A stretch of 64,000 nt of DNA from an uncultured Gemmatimonadales bacterium (lineage in GTDB: Bacteria; Gemmatimonadota; Gemmatimonadetes; Longimicrobiales; RSA9). Location: the NCBI GenBank assembly GCA_963798845.1, contig CAWCUS010000005.1:160001-224000 (forward strand), read 5' to 3'. Position numbers and translations under genes: made by a program. The notes under the pieces were generated by a model. That model saw only the letters and a program-made list of their open reading frames with translations. It was not told the origin of the DNA and did no database searches. Shown in pieces: positions 37,608 through 47,320 of this stretch (position 1 is its first letter; every line of letters starts with the position of its first letter).

Positions 37608-39362
37608 TTGGCAGACGAAACACTGGATCGCTGTTTTCGACTCCTCGAGCTGGAGCCCGGCGCCACCTTCGTCGAGGTGCGGGAGGCGTACAGGGTACAG
37701 TGCCGGGTCTGGCACCCGGACCGCTTCGCCGGGAACGCCGCAATGCACGCGCGCGCCACGCTCCGTCAGCAGGAGCTGAACGCAGCGTACCGGACGCTCG
37801 TGCAGGAGTATCAGGGGAGAAGCGCTGCGGGCGGAACCGCTCCGTCGTCCGGCGAGAGCCAGGCCACTCCACAGGAGGACGCCGCGGCGCCAGCAGAGAC
37901 CGGTGCTTCGACCGCGGTCGCTGCGCGTCGGCGTCCGGGCGAGAGAAGACGGCGTTCGCCCGACCGCGGCGGGATCCGGGCGCTCGCGGCAGCGGCGCTG
38001 GCCTGGGCTGCCGTGTCGACGCGCCGGGCTCTGCTCCTGGGCGCGCTGCTGGTGTCCGGCGCCATAACCGCTGCCGCGGCGGTGGCCGTGCTGGTATCGG
38101 ACCGTGCCCTGGTGCGCGACCCTGATGGCACGCCGATCCTGGTGACCGCGCTGGCAACCGGAGGGGGGCAGGTGTGCGGCGCCGGTGAGCCCGGCGTCGC
38201 CTGCTGGGGTCGGAACGATGCCGGACAGAGCGGGATCGAACCGTCCAGCGACGGCGGCTGGGCCGCACCGGCGTGGCACTCCCTTCCGACGCGGGCCTCG
38301 GCGGTCGCGGCGGGGCTGGTGCACACATGCGCCCTGCTCTCGGACGGGCGGATCGAGTGCTGGGGCGCCAACTTCGCCGGGCAGCTGGGGACCGGTGGCC
38401 TGCAGGATCGGGCCTCGCCGGCCGCGGTGCTCGGGGACAGCCGCTTCGCGTCATTGTCATCGCTGGGGCGCCACACGTGCGCCCTGACGCGGGACGGCAC
38501 GCTCTACTGCTGGGGCGACGACACGGACGGCCAGCTCGGCCTCGGCCGTCCCGTCGCCGCGTGCCAGGTGGACGAATCCCGGTTCTACTGCTCCGACCGC
38601 CCGGAGCGTGTAGCTCCCCCGGCACGCTGGCGGGAGGTGGCGGCGGGCGGCAGCCACAGCTGCGGCATCGAGGAGAACGGGGGGCTGTCCTGCTGGGGCT
38701 CGGACCGCTACGGCCAGCTCGGCGCCGCGGCCGACCAGCGCTGCGAGGGGTCGGGGGGCGCGGCGCCCTGCCGGCGAGCGCCGGGGCCGGTGTCGCTTCC
38801 GCGGGTGACGGGCCCGATCCACGGCATCGCCGCCGGCGCATCGCACAGCTGCGTCCTTGACGGCGAGGGTCGGCCGCTGTGCTGGGGCCTGAACAGCCGG
38901 CGCCAGGCCGGCGCCGACAACGCCGACGTCCTCGCCGCGCCCACCCCCCTCCGCACGGATCTCCGCTTCACGGCCCTCTTCGCCGGCGGGTATCACACCT
39001 GTGGGGTCACCGCTCGGCGTGACCTGTGGTGCTGGGGCAGCGATGCGGCGGGCGAGCTCGGGGGGACCGGCCGCGACCGGTGCGGCGGCGAGCGATGCAC
39101 CGCCCGGCCCGTCGAGGTGGCGCGCTCCGTGTCGGCCGTCGCGACCGGCTTCGGCACCACCTGCGCGGCCGCGACCGACGGTCGCGTCCACTGCTGGGGC
39201 AGCGGGCTGGTGGAAGCGGCGAGGCCCGGCGAAGCCGCCGCCGTCGCGGTCGGCTCACCGGGCCGTCCGAATCCGCTCACACGGCAGGTGCTCTGGCGTT
39301 TCCGCGCTCTCAGGACGCTGACGCACCGCATCCTGATCGACCCGCTCCGCCGGCTCTTCTAG
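37608..39362 (+). CDS. J-domain + transmembrane + Cys-rich RCC1-repeat (beta-propeller) protein
   Basis: VREAY...WHPDRF...ELNAAY (J domain), a hydrophobic stretch, then about 7 repeats of AG..H(T/S)C......CWG....GQLG. TTG start uncertain. Confidence 0.82.
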   Translation: MADETLDRCFRLLELEPGATFVEVREAYRVQCRVWHPDRFAGNAAMHARATLRQQELNAAYRTLVQEYQGRSAAGGTAPSSGESQATPQEDAAAPAETGASTAVAARRRPGERRRRSPDRGGIRALAAAALAWAAVSTRRALLLGALLVSGAITAAAAVAVLVSDRALVRDPDGTPILVTALATGGGQVCGAGEPGVACWGRNDAGQSGIEPSSDGGWAAPAWHSLPTRASAVAAGLVHTCALLSDGRIECWGANFAGQLGTGGLQDRASPAAVLGDSRFASLSSLGRHTCALTRDGTLYCWGDDTDGQLGLGRPVAACQVDESRFYCSDRPERVAPPARWREVAAGGSHSCGIEENGGLSCWGSDRYGQLGAAADQRCEGSGGAAPCRRAPGPVSLPRVTGPIHGIAAGASHSCVLDGEGRPLCWGLNSRRQAGADNADVLAAPTPLRTDLRFTALFAGGYHTCGVTARRDLWCWGSDAAGELGGTGRDRCGGERCTARPVEVARSVSAVATGFGTTCAAATDGRVHCWGSGLVEAARPGEAAAVAVGSPGRPNPLTRQVLWRFRALRTLTHRILIDPLRRLF

Positions 39363-39412
39363 GGCCCGGCGACGCGCGTCGCGGAGGCCACGGGACGTCG
39401 GAATCCCCCGCG

Positions 39413-40072
39413 CTACCAGAGCGAGTTGAAGACCCCGACCATGACGCGCCAGTGTCCCTGACCGCCTTCCGACGCGCTTCCCTCCACCCGGAACGGCCGG
39501 TCGAAGAGGTGCATGTGCGCCGCTTCGACCCGTATGCCCGTGACGTGGTCGGACCGCCTCAGGAACGTGACGTCCACGCCCGCTCCGCCCTGCAGCATGA
39601 GCTGCTCCGTCTCGCCCGTGTCCAGGATGATACTGGTGTTCGTGAGGCGGATGCTCGGGCCGCCCAGACCGTACGTCATCAGCCCCGCGGAGGCGAGCAG
39701 GTACGGCGTGACCGGCGAAGGTCCGAGCGGCCGGACCATCGCCCCCAGTGACACCGCGGACACGTTCAGGCCGTCGTACTGCCCCGGCGCGGCCAGCTTC
39801 GGCTTGCCGTGGACCACGTCGCCGTGAACGGCCAGCCACGGATTGACCCAGTAGTCCACGAAGAACGAGCCCGAGATCCCATCTTCAATGTGCACGCCCG
39901 CGCCCACGCCGGGACCCGCGTCCAGGAACGGGCTGTACATCACCCAGTCTCCACCCACCCCGACCGTGATCCTGGGCTGCTCCTCCTGGGCGGCGGCCGC
40001 GCCCGCGACCACCGCGCTGGTGACGGCGACGGCCGCGAAGACCCGCAACGACTTCGTCATGCGCTCGAGCAT
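39413..40072 (-). CDS. Small outer-membrane beta-barrel protein
   Basis: Signal peptide (AAAA-QE), amphipathic strands (PYLLASAGLMTY, QGGAGVDVTF), C-terminal Trp (VGVFNSLW). Confidence 0.75.
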   Translation of the reverse strand: MLERMTKSLRVFAAVAVTSAVVAGAAAAQEEQPRITVGVGGDWVMYSPFLDAGPGVGAGVHIEDGISGSFFVDYWVNPWLAVHGDVVHGKPKLAAPGQYDGLNVSAVSLGAMVRPLGPSPVTPYLLASAGLMTYGLGGPSIRLTNTSIILDTGETEQLMLQGGAGVDVTFLRRSDHVTGIRVEAAHMHLFDRPFRVEGSASEGGQGHWRVMVGVFNSLW

Positions 40073-40086
40073 CTGCGTTCCCCCCG

Positions 40087-42228
40087 TCACTGGATCGCAC
40101 GCTGCCAGACCGGCAGCGTCACCACGTTTCCGCTCTCCGTCACCCCGTGCAGCCGGACCACCAGGTCGGCCGGATCCCCGGACCGGGGAAGCGACAGGGT
40201 GAGCGGCCCGACCAGGCTCTCGACCAGCGGCAGCTCCGCCCTCACCTGGTAGTGCCCGGCCGTCTCGAGAACGAGCACCGACCGGTCGTTCGTGGGCGCG
40301 AACGCCAGGTCCTGCGTCGGGTGGCGCACCACGCTGCCCTCGCCACCGAGGTTCGCGAACGTGTGTGAGCCGTGCAGCCGGAGCACGTCGTTGAAGTAGA
40401 AGATGGTCGAGCCGCCTCTGCCCACGAACTGCTTGCCGGTGTCGTCGGCGTCGAGCCCGGTGATGACATCGATTCCGTTCGTAAACAGGTCGCCGATCGT
40501 CAGCTTGTCGGAGATGATCCGGTTGTACAGACCCGGATGCGCTCCTTTGGCCCCCCAGAGCCACACACGGTCTCCGTTCCCGAATGCGACAGTTGCGCGA
40601 TTATCGCTTGTAGCGAATCGGGCTTCTCCGCCGACATTCCAACCCCCCGCACTCCAGCTGCTGTTAGGGAGAGCAAGAATGTCCGACCCCTTCGCCCGGA
40701 GTTCAGAAATCATTGCTTCAATGCCGCCGGGTCCGCCGGTGACGCTGAACGTATTATTCGGCTGCCCTGCGACGTGGTCCCAGATGTAGAGCGTAGTCCC
40801 AATCCCGGACGACGTTCTCTGGCTTCATGATCATGCTGTCGACGTAGGTCACCGCCCACGAATGCTTGTCATCGACAAGCTGGTGCGTCGCCAGTCCAGA
40901 GCATGATATTGGCTTCCCGGGTCTGCCACTCAGGGTACGTCTCCACGATCCGGATCGGCCCGCCGCCGGTGATCGAGTAGAAGATCACTCCATCCTTGTC
41001 CTGGACCACGCGGTCTGAGGACGATCGCCCGATCCGTCCAGGTGACCATAGCAAGGCTGTCCGGTATGGGCTCGGTGACGTTGTAGAGCACGGCGTCGTG
41101 GGTCTCCATGCGGGACTTCTCGACGCGGTGGTTGAGGTCCACGAACGACAGGCTGGTGCCGCCGGAGTTGGCCACGATGAGCGTGTCGCCCGTCCGGTCC
41201 ATGGTGATCCCGAACGGCTGCGAGCCGACCAGGACCTCGTTCTTCAGGGCGTGGTCCGGGGCGCCGACGTAGTCGAGCACCTCGATCTCGTTGCGGTCGG
41301 TGACCGATGCGTAGAGCAGTCCGCGGCCGCGGTCGGAGACGAGGTCCCCGATCGTGCCGCCCCAGTCCCGGTAGATGGTGGTGCTGGCCACCACCGTGAC
41401 GTTCGCCGGTGCGGATTCCTCGGCGAGGAGGCGGGAGCCCACCGCCACGCACGGGAGGCTGGCGAACGGCTCGCGCACGTTTGCGGCGCAATTCCCGGCC
41501 GCATCCACGGCGAACCCGTGGACTTCCACGGTGACGTCGGTGGGCAGGTCGGTGGTGCCGAAGCCCTGGATCGGCAGCACGTCGTGGATCAGGGCCGTGT
41601 CGCGGGCCATGACGGTGTCCGAGCGCGCGACCGTGACCGTGTCGCCGCCGGCCTGATAGAACAGGACCGTGTAGCCGCACCGGGCGAGCAGCCCGCCCTC
41701 GTTCGCATCGCGGCAGCGGATGGTGACGTCGATGGAGTCATCGGCTTCCGCGCGAGCCGGGAGCACCGACGCCACGGAGACCTCGGGCGGCGTGGTGTCG
41801 GGGGCCAGGATGGCCACGACCGCGATCGCGGCGTCGCTCTTGAGACCGGACGGAGAAGAAGCCGTGGCCTTGAGAGTGACGGTGCCCGCGGCGGTCGGCG
41901 GCACCGAGATCGTCGTATCCAGCGAGACGGTCTGCGGGGCGCCTTCGAAGACCCTGCGGAAGGAGCCGTTGAACGCGCCCGTCCAGGACACGTCCATCGA
42001 TTCGACCCCGGAGCTGTTCCTGCCATCGGCCCGGACCAGGACGCGGATGGCGGTCCCGGCGTTCACCTGCGTGCTCGTGGCCGTGCGGTCGATGAAGACG
42101 TCGGGCGGGGCGTCGAGGACATCGCCCTCCAGAAGCGTTCCACCCTCGCACGCGACGAGGGATCCCCCGGCCAGGCAGGCCACGGCCAGGATCCCCGGCC
42201 AACGCGGAACCATGCGGCGTCGCATCAT
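40087..42228 (-). pseudogene. Large surface lipoprotein (Ig-like region + YncE/YVTN-like propeller) interrupted by clustered frameshifts (real or sequencing error)
   Basis: GAGGAG RBS, lipobox SLVAC, VGSQPFGITMD...LIVANSGGTSLSFVDL. ORFs 40930..42354 and 40087..40713 are in the same frame and bridged by protein-like segments in the other two frames. Confidence 0.7.
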
Positions 42229-42450
42229 CCAGTCTCCTCGGACAGAAATGGCGGATATCCGGCGATCGCCCGGAAATTTCCCGCAAAAGACGGAAGACCA
42301 TGTGGCACGAGGCGGGCCACGGTGGATGATGCGACGCCACGTGCCCTTTTTCAAGCCGGACGGGGCGTGTCTGCCGCGCGATGCTACAACGGGCGTCGTG
42401 CCGCGAGACAGTGAGGGACCGCCCCGTGCTCGCCGCCGGCCGCAGGCCGG

Positions 42451-43098
42451 CTACTTGGTTCCGAAGAGCCGGTCGCCGGCGTCGCCCAGGCCGGGGAGGA
42501 TGTAGCCGTCGTCGTTGAGCTCGCGGTCGAGGGCCGCGATGATGACCGAGACGTCCGGGTGGTCGTGCTGCATCCGTTCGACCCCCTCCGGGGCGGCCAC
42601 CAGCCCCATGAGTCGAACGGAGGCGGCGCCGTTCGCCTTCAGCTCGGTGATGGCGGCGGACGCGGAGCCGCCGGTGGCGAGCATCGGATCCAGGACGATG
42701 AACTCGCGGGACTCGGCGTCGCCGGGGATCTTGAAGTAGTAGTGGACGGGCTCGAGCGTGGCGTGGTCGCGGTAGAGGCCCACGTGACCCACGCGCGCGG
42801 ACGGCATGAGGCGGAGCACGCCGTCCACCATGCCGAGGCCGGCCCGCAGGATGGGGACGAGGGTGACTTTCTTTCCGGCCATGCGGAAGGCCTGCGTCCG
42901 CTCCAGCGGGGTGTCCACGGTGATCGGCTCAAGTGGCAGCTCGCTGGTGGCTTCGTATGCCAGCAGCATGCTGAGCTCGTCGACCAGCTCGCGGAAGATC
43001 TTCTTGGGCGTGGCGACGTCCCTGAGCAGCGCCATCTTGTGCTGCACCAGCGGATGGTCGACCACGACCAGGTTGCTGTGCTTCGGGTGTTTCGGCAT
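42451..43098 (-). CDS. upp: Uracil phosphoribosyltransferase
   Basis: [44 protein letters not shown]. Confidence 0.97.
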   Translation of the reverse strand: MPKHPKHSNLVVVDHPLVQHKMALLRDVATPKKIFRELVDELSMLLAYEATSELPLEPITVDTPLERTQAFRMAGKKVTLVPILRAGLGMVDGVLRLMPSARVGHVGLYRDHATLEPVHYYFKIPGDAESREFIVLDPMLATGGSASAAITELKANGAASVRLMGLVAAPEGVERMQHDHPDVSVIIAALDRELNDDGYILPGLGDAGDRLFGTK

Positions 43099-43119
43099 GG
43101 CGACTCGCCCCGTCTCCGT

Positions 43120-45561
43120 TCAGATGGTCCCCGCGGCGCGGGCTTCCACCCACCCCTCTTCTCCGGACCGAGTGCGCGCCCGGACCCAGTCCTCGGACCG
43201 CTCCACCAGCTCGAGCCCCGTCCCGGGCTCCAGCGCCGTGAGCACGTCACCCCGCAGGTTCGGTCCGCCGCGCAGCGCCGTGGGCTCCAGCACGATGAGC
43301 GTTTCCTCGCCGTGGGTCGAGGCCCACGCTCCGAGCACGGCGCCAACGGCGAGGGTCGTCGCCGCCAGGGCGACCCTCAGCGCCGCGGCGTTCCGGCACG
43401 CCAGCCACCACGCTGCCCCGACCGCGGCGGCCCACCAGCCCAGCGCGGCCATGAGCCACAGCTCCTCCGGCCGCAGGAAGAGCGGAGGCGTGACCCGACT
43501 CACCAGCTCCGGGGCGACGCCCACGGCTCGCAGGTTGTGGCGGATGTCGGACGAACGCGGCGAAAGCCTCAGCGCGCGCAGCCAAGCCCAGACCGCTTCC
43601 CCGCGACGTCCGGCCCGCTCGTACGCGGTACCCAGGTCATACCACGCGGCCGCATCGCCGGGGACGGCATCGACGTAGTCGCGCAACACCCTCGCAGACT
43701 GCTCGTAGCGCCCGGCATCGAATGCGCGCACGCCGCTCTCGAACACGTCCCGCGGCGGCGGTGAGGCGTCCTGCGCCCGCGCGCCGGTGGCGCAGAGTGA
43801 CAGGACGAGGAACGGCAGAAGCGCCCCGGCCGGCCGGGCCAGCGTCGCCGGGGGCGGGGCCTCCCTGTCGATCAGCTCGAGCACGCGCGAGACCTGCCGG
43901 ACGATGTCGCGGATCACCGCCCCGTCCGGCGGCTCCGGCGCGTAGCGGGCCGAAGCCAGACGATCCATGGCTGCCTGGAGCGCGGCGGCCGCGTCCGTCG
44001 ACACCCCGGCCGCGGACAACGCGGAACGGGAAAGCGCGCCACGCGGCGCCAGCCCAAGGCGCCGCGCCAGCCAGGAACGCGTGAACGCCTCGGTATGGGC
44101 GAGCGTGGAGATGTCGCCCGCATCCGCGAGGTCGGCCAGCTCCCGCAGACGCGCCCGCCGGTCGTGGCGCAGCGCCCGGAGCGACGCGCCGTTCCTGGAT
44201 CGCCGGCGGCGCAGCGAGAGCGCGGCCACCAGGAGCACGAGCGGGCCGAGCTGCAGCCACCGGAACCATGGCGTCCGCACCCAGCGCAGCGAGTCCGCTC
44301 CGGCCGGTTTCCGGCGGAGGTATCGCAGCGCCGGCCCTTCGGTCTCCGTCCCGCCGTCTCCGGTGGCGCCCGGGCCGACGGCGAGTGTCAGGGCGGGAGC
44401 GGTGGCCACGTGGTACTTCGCCTGGTCCGGGTCGAAGTACGGATAGCGCACTTCAGGCATGGACCGCTCGCCGGACCGGCGTGGAATGATCACCCAGCTG
44501 AACCGCTTCCACCCCGCCACCGTGTCCCCTCGGACACCGGCCTCGGCTTCCTCCGTGGGCGGGAAGCGCTCGATCCCCGGAACGTCAGGCAGCGTCGGCG
44601 GGGGGAGCGCCTTCACGTTCCCCCGCCCGCGGACTTCCACGTTCAGGACTGCCGCTTCACCGGCCGGAACGGTATCGGGCTCGAGCCAGCTCCGAACCGT
44701 GTAATGGCCCACCGCGCCGGTGAAGCCGTCCGGGCGCCCCGCCTCCGGCAGCGGCCGCACCACCAGCGGGAGGGAGTCGGTGGCCACGTGGCTGGTTTCC
44801 GGCGCGTACAGCAGACCGCGCCGGATCTCGAAATCGAGCTGGGCGGGCGGGATCTCGAACCGCCCGGGCGACAGGGGGAAGAACGCGCGGCGGAAGGTCT
44901 GGACCTCGTACAGCTCGCCTCCCACCGACTCCGTGTGGGTGGTGGTGGGGTCCGCGAGGTCGTGGACCCAGAAGCCGGACGGGGAAGGCGGCTGGTATTC
45001 CGGGGCGCGGCGCAGGCGGAGACGCGCGTCCTGCGAGAACATGACGTCCACGTTCATCGTGACCTGCTGCCCCACGAACACGGTATCCGCTTCGAGCTCC
45101 GCCCGCATCACGACGCCGTCGGCGCTGGCCCGCGTGGCGGCGCCCCTGGCCGGAGCGACGCGGCGGCCCGTCCGCGCGGGCGCCGGGGTGCCGGCCGGAC
45201 CGGTCACGGTGAGGAGCTCCGCGGCGGTACTGTACGTCTGCGCCCCCACGGTCACGCGAACGGCGGGCACCCGATAACGCCCTGGCGCGCGTGCCCGGAT
45301 CACGAAATCGCGGGTGATGAAGCGCTGCGTGCCGCCCGGCATGCTGAACTGACGCTGATCCGACTGACTGGTGCCCACGAGATCGAGACCCGGCGGAAGC
45401 GAGCGGAAGTCCTCGATGCGGGCCCGTGCGCCGTCGGTTTCCACCTGCACGCGCAGCGTGGTCGTCTCCCCCACCTCGATCTCGGGGGCGGTGAAGCGGG
45501 CGTTGACCTGGACCGGGTCCTGTGCCGCGAGCGTGAGCGCGAAAAGGAGCCAGGGCGTCAT
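43120..45561 (-). CDS. batD: BatD-family protein fused to TPR and SH3-like (BatE-like) modules
   Basis: Signal peptide, Ig-like BatD repeats (FTGAVG, YPYFDP), TM, TPR (AWYDLGTAY), C-terminal SH3b-like WVRARTRSGEEGWV. Confidence 0.78.
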   Translation of the reverse strand: MTPWLLFALTLAAQDPVQVNARFTAPEIEVGETTTLRVQVETDGARARIEDFRSLPPGLDLVGTSQSDQRQFSMPGGTQRFITRDFVIRARAPGRYRVPAVRVTVGAQTYSTAAELLTVTGPAGTPAPARTGRRVAPARGAATRASADGVVMRAELEADTVFVGQQVTMNVDVMFSQDARLRLRRAPEYQPPSPSGFWVHDLADPTTTHTESVGGELYEVQTFRRAFFPLSPGRFEIPPAQLDFEIRRGLLYAPETSHVATDSLPLVVRPLPEAGRPDGFTGAVGHYTVRSWLEPDTVPAGEAAVLNVEVRGRGNVKALPPPTLPDVPGIERFPPTEEAEAGVRGDTVAGWKRFSWVIIPRRSGERSMPEVRYPYFDPDQAKYHVATAPALTLAVGPGATGDGGTETEGPALRYLRRKPAGADSLRWVRTPWFRWLQLGPLVLLVAALSLRRRRSRNGASLRALRHDRRARLRELADLADAGDISTLAHTEAFTRSWLARRLGLAPRGALSRSALSAAGVSTDAAAALQAAMDRLASARYAPEPPDGAVIRDIVRQVSRVLELIDREAPPPATLARPAGALLPFLVLSLCATGARAQDASPPPRDVFESGVRAFDAGRYEQSARVLRDYVDAVPGDAAAWYDLGTAYERAGRRGEAVWAWLRALRLSPRSSDIRHNLRAVGVAPELVSRVTPPLFLRPEELWLMAALGWWAAAVGAAWWLACRNAAALRVALAATTLAVGAVLGAWASTHGEETLIVLEPTALRGGPNLRGDVLTALEPGTGLELVERSEDWVRARTRSGEEGWVEARAAGTI

Positions 45562-45564
45562 CCG

Positions 45565-46272
45565 CTACCAGTCCCGGACCGTCCGGGTCTGCTGATGTCC
45601 CTTCCGCAGCTTGTCCTGGAAGACCTGCCGCTCGTTCTGCTCCACGGCGCTCAGCACTCGCTCGGCCTGTTCCTGGGTCAGCGGCGCCGGCGTCGGGCCC
45701 TCGCCGCCCGATGGTTGCGGCTGTTGCTGACCCTGCGACTGGCCGCCACCCCCCTGGCCGCCCTTCTGCTGGTCCTGCTGCCTGTCCTGGTCGCCTCCGC
45801 CGCCCCCGCCCTGCTGCTGCTGTTGCTGCTTCTCGCGCTCCCGCAGCGCCAGCTCGTAGTTCCACTTCGCGGCCGTGTCTGCAGGAGTCAGGCGGAGCGC
45901 CTGCCGGTAGGCCTCCAGCGCGGCATTGTACAGCGTCCGGCTGGTCTCCTCGGTCCGGTTCTCGCGCGCGTCCTCCAGGAAACGGTTGCCGAGGTTGTAG
46001 TACACGCTCTCCCGCGTGCCGGGGTCCACTGCCTTCAGCGCCGCCCGCAGCTGCTCCTCCGCCTCCGAGTAGCGCCCGAGCTTCAGCAGCGCGGTGCCGA
46101 GGTTGTAGTGCAGGACGGGCGTGTCCGTGCCGCCCTCGAGCGCGGCACGGTACGCTTCCACCGCCTCCGCGTACCGCCCTGCCCGGAACAGGCGATTCCC
46201 TCGCTCGACGCCGCCGAACACCGCCGCCGTTGTGATGAGCACCAGCGCGAGCAGCGCCGCCAGTCTACGCAT
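45565..46272 (-). CDS. batC: BatC-like TPR protein
   Basis: GNRLFRAGRYAEA, YNLGTA, YNLGNRF, AKWNYELA, Q/G-rich linker, C-terminal RDW. Confidence 0.78.
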   Translation of the reverse strand: MRRLAALLALVLITTAAVFGGVERGNRLFRAGRYAEAVEAYRAALEGGTDTPVLHYNLGTALLKLGRYSEAEEQLRAALKAVDPGTRESVYYNLGNRFLEDARENRTEETSRTLYNAALEAYRQALRLTPADTAAKWNYELALREREKQQQQQQGGGGGGDQDRQQDQQKGGQGGGGQSQGQQQPQPSGGEGPTPAPLTQEQAERVLSAVEQNERQVFQDKLRKGHQQTRTVRDW

Positions 46273-47320
46273 GGGCTTCCTCCCGCGCGGGTATCCCTGC
46301 AATGCCGTTGGTTCCACGGCGCACCGCCACGAGCCCGTCCAGGAGCAGCAGCGCGAGCGCCAGGAGGAGGAACCACTCGTAGCGCTCCTTCTGGCGGACC
46401 CGGTGCTCGCCGGAGCCCTGCGTCCGCTCCAGCCCGCGCAGCGTACCCAGGATCGCGTCCGTCCCCCCTGGAGACCCAAGGACCGCGAACCGACCGCCCG
46501 TGATCCCGGCCACACGCTTCAGCAGCGCGTCGTTCCGGCGTGTGATGACGATCCCGCCATCCGGGCCGCGCTGATAGCCCTCCACCGCCCCCGTGTCGCT
46601 GGTCTGCGGGATGGGCGCACCCTCCGGGCTCCCTACCCCGACGGTGTGGATGGTGATCCCGAGCCGCGCGGCCCGCTCGGCGGCGTCGAGGACCGCGCTC
46701 TCCTCCTCCAGCGCCTCGCCGTCGGTCACCAGCACCACCACACCCTTGCCGCCGGCGTCTCCCGGTCCACGGGCCAGGTCCGCCGCCTGCCGCACCGCGG
46801 ACGCCAGCGATGACCCCCCCTGGCTGACGATGTCCGGATCCAGCGCGTCCAGGTAGAGCTGCAGGGCCCCGTGGTCGACCGTCATGGGCGACAGGACGTA
46901 CGCCCGCCCCGCGAACGCCACCAGACCGATCCGGTCACCCGGCAGCTCCCGCAGCAGGCGACGCGCCAGCACCCGCTCCCGTTCCAGCCGGTCCGGCGCC
47001 AGGTCCCTGGCGAGCATGGAGCGCGACACGTCCAGCGCCAGCACGATGTCCGCCGCGACGTTGTGCTCCTCCACGCTCTCCAGCCCCCAGCGCGGCCCCG
47101 CGGCCGCCAGACCCAGCGCCGCGCCCGCCAGCACCAGCACCACCAGCCGCAGCGCCGGGAAGCGGCGGAGGTCCCCCGCCCCCAGTCGGGCCAGAAGGTC
47201 CGCCGCGCCCAGGACGCGCCCGGCGCGGCGCCTCCGCCGCGCCCAGAAAGTCACGCCCGCTCCCACCAGGATCGGGAGCGCGGCCGCGAGCCACAGCAGG
47301 TCCGGGTGCGCGAAGCTCAC
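46265..47320 (-). CDS. batB: BatB-like VWA domain membrane protein
   Basis: ALDVSRSMLARDLAPDRL, GLVAFAG, VTDGE, TVGVGSPEGAPIP. Confidence 0.82.
   Translation of the reverse strand: MSFAHPDLLWLAAALPILVGAGVTFWARRRRRAGRVLGAADLLARLGAGDLRRFPALRLVVLVLAGAALGLAAAGPRWGLESVEEHNVAADIVLALDVSRSMLARDLAPDRLERERVLARRLLRELPGDRIGLVAFAGRAYVLSPMTVDHGALQLYLDALDPDIVSQGGSSLASAVRQAADLARGPGDAGGKGVVVLVTDGEALEEESAVLDAAERAARLGITIHTVGVGSPEGAPIPQTSDTGAVEGYQRGPDGGIVITRRNDALLKRVAGITGGRFAVLGSPGGTDAILGTLRGLERTQGSGEHRVRQKERYEWFLLLALALLLLDGLVAVRRGTNGIAGIPAREEAHA

Noticed and set aside
40087..41070. Diversity-generating retroelement target or programmed frameshift
   Set aside because: No reverse transcriptase or template repeat in the window, and no slippery heptamer or homopolymer at the switch points. 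It cannot be excluded genome-wide.
35981..42450. tRNA-anchored genomic island around tRNA-Ile2
   Set aside because: No integrase and no duplicated tRNA 3' end, and composition is host-like except for the 40580-41070 patch.
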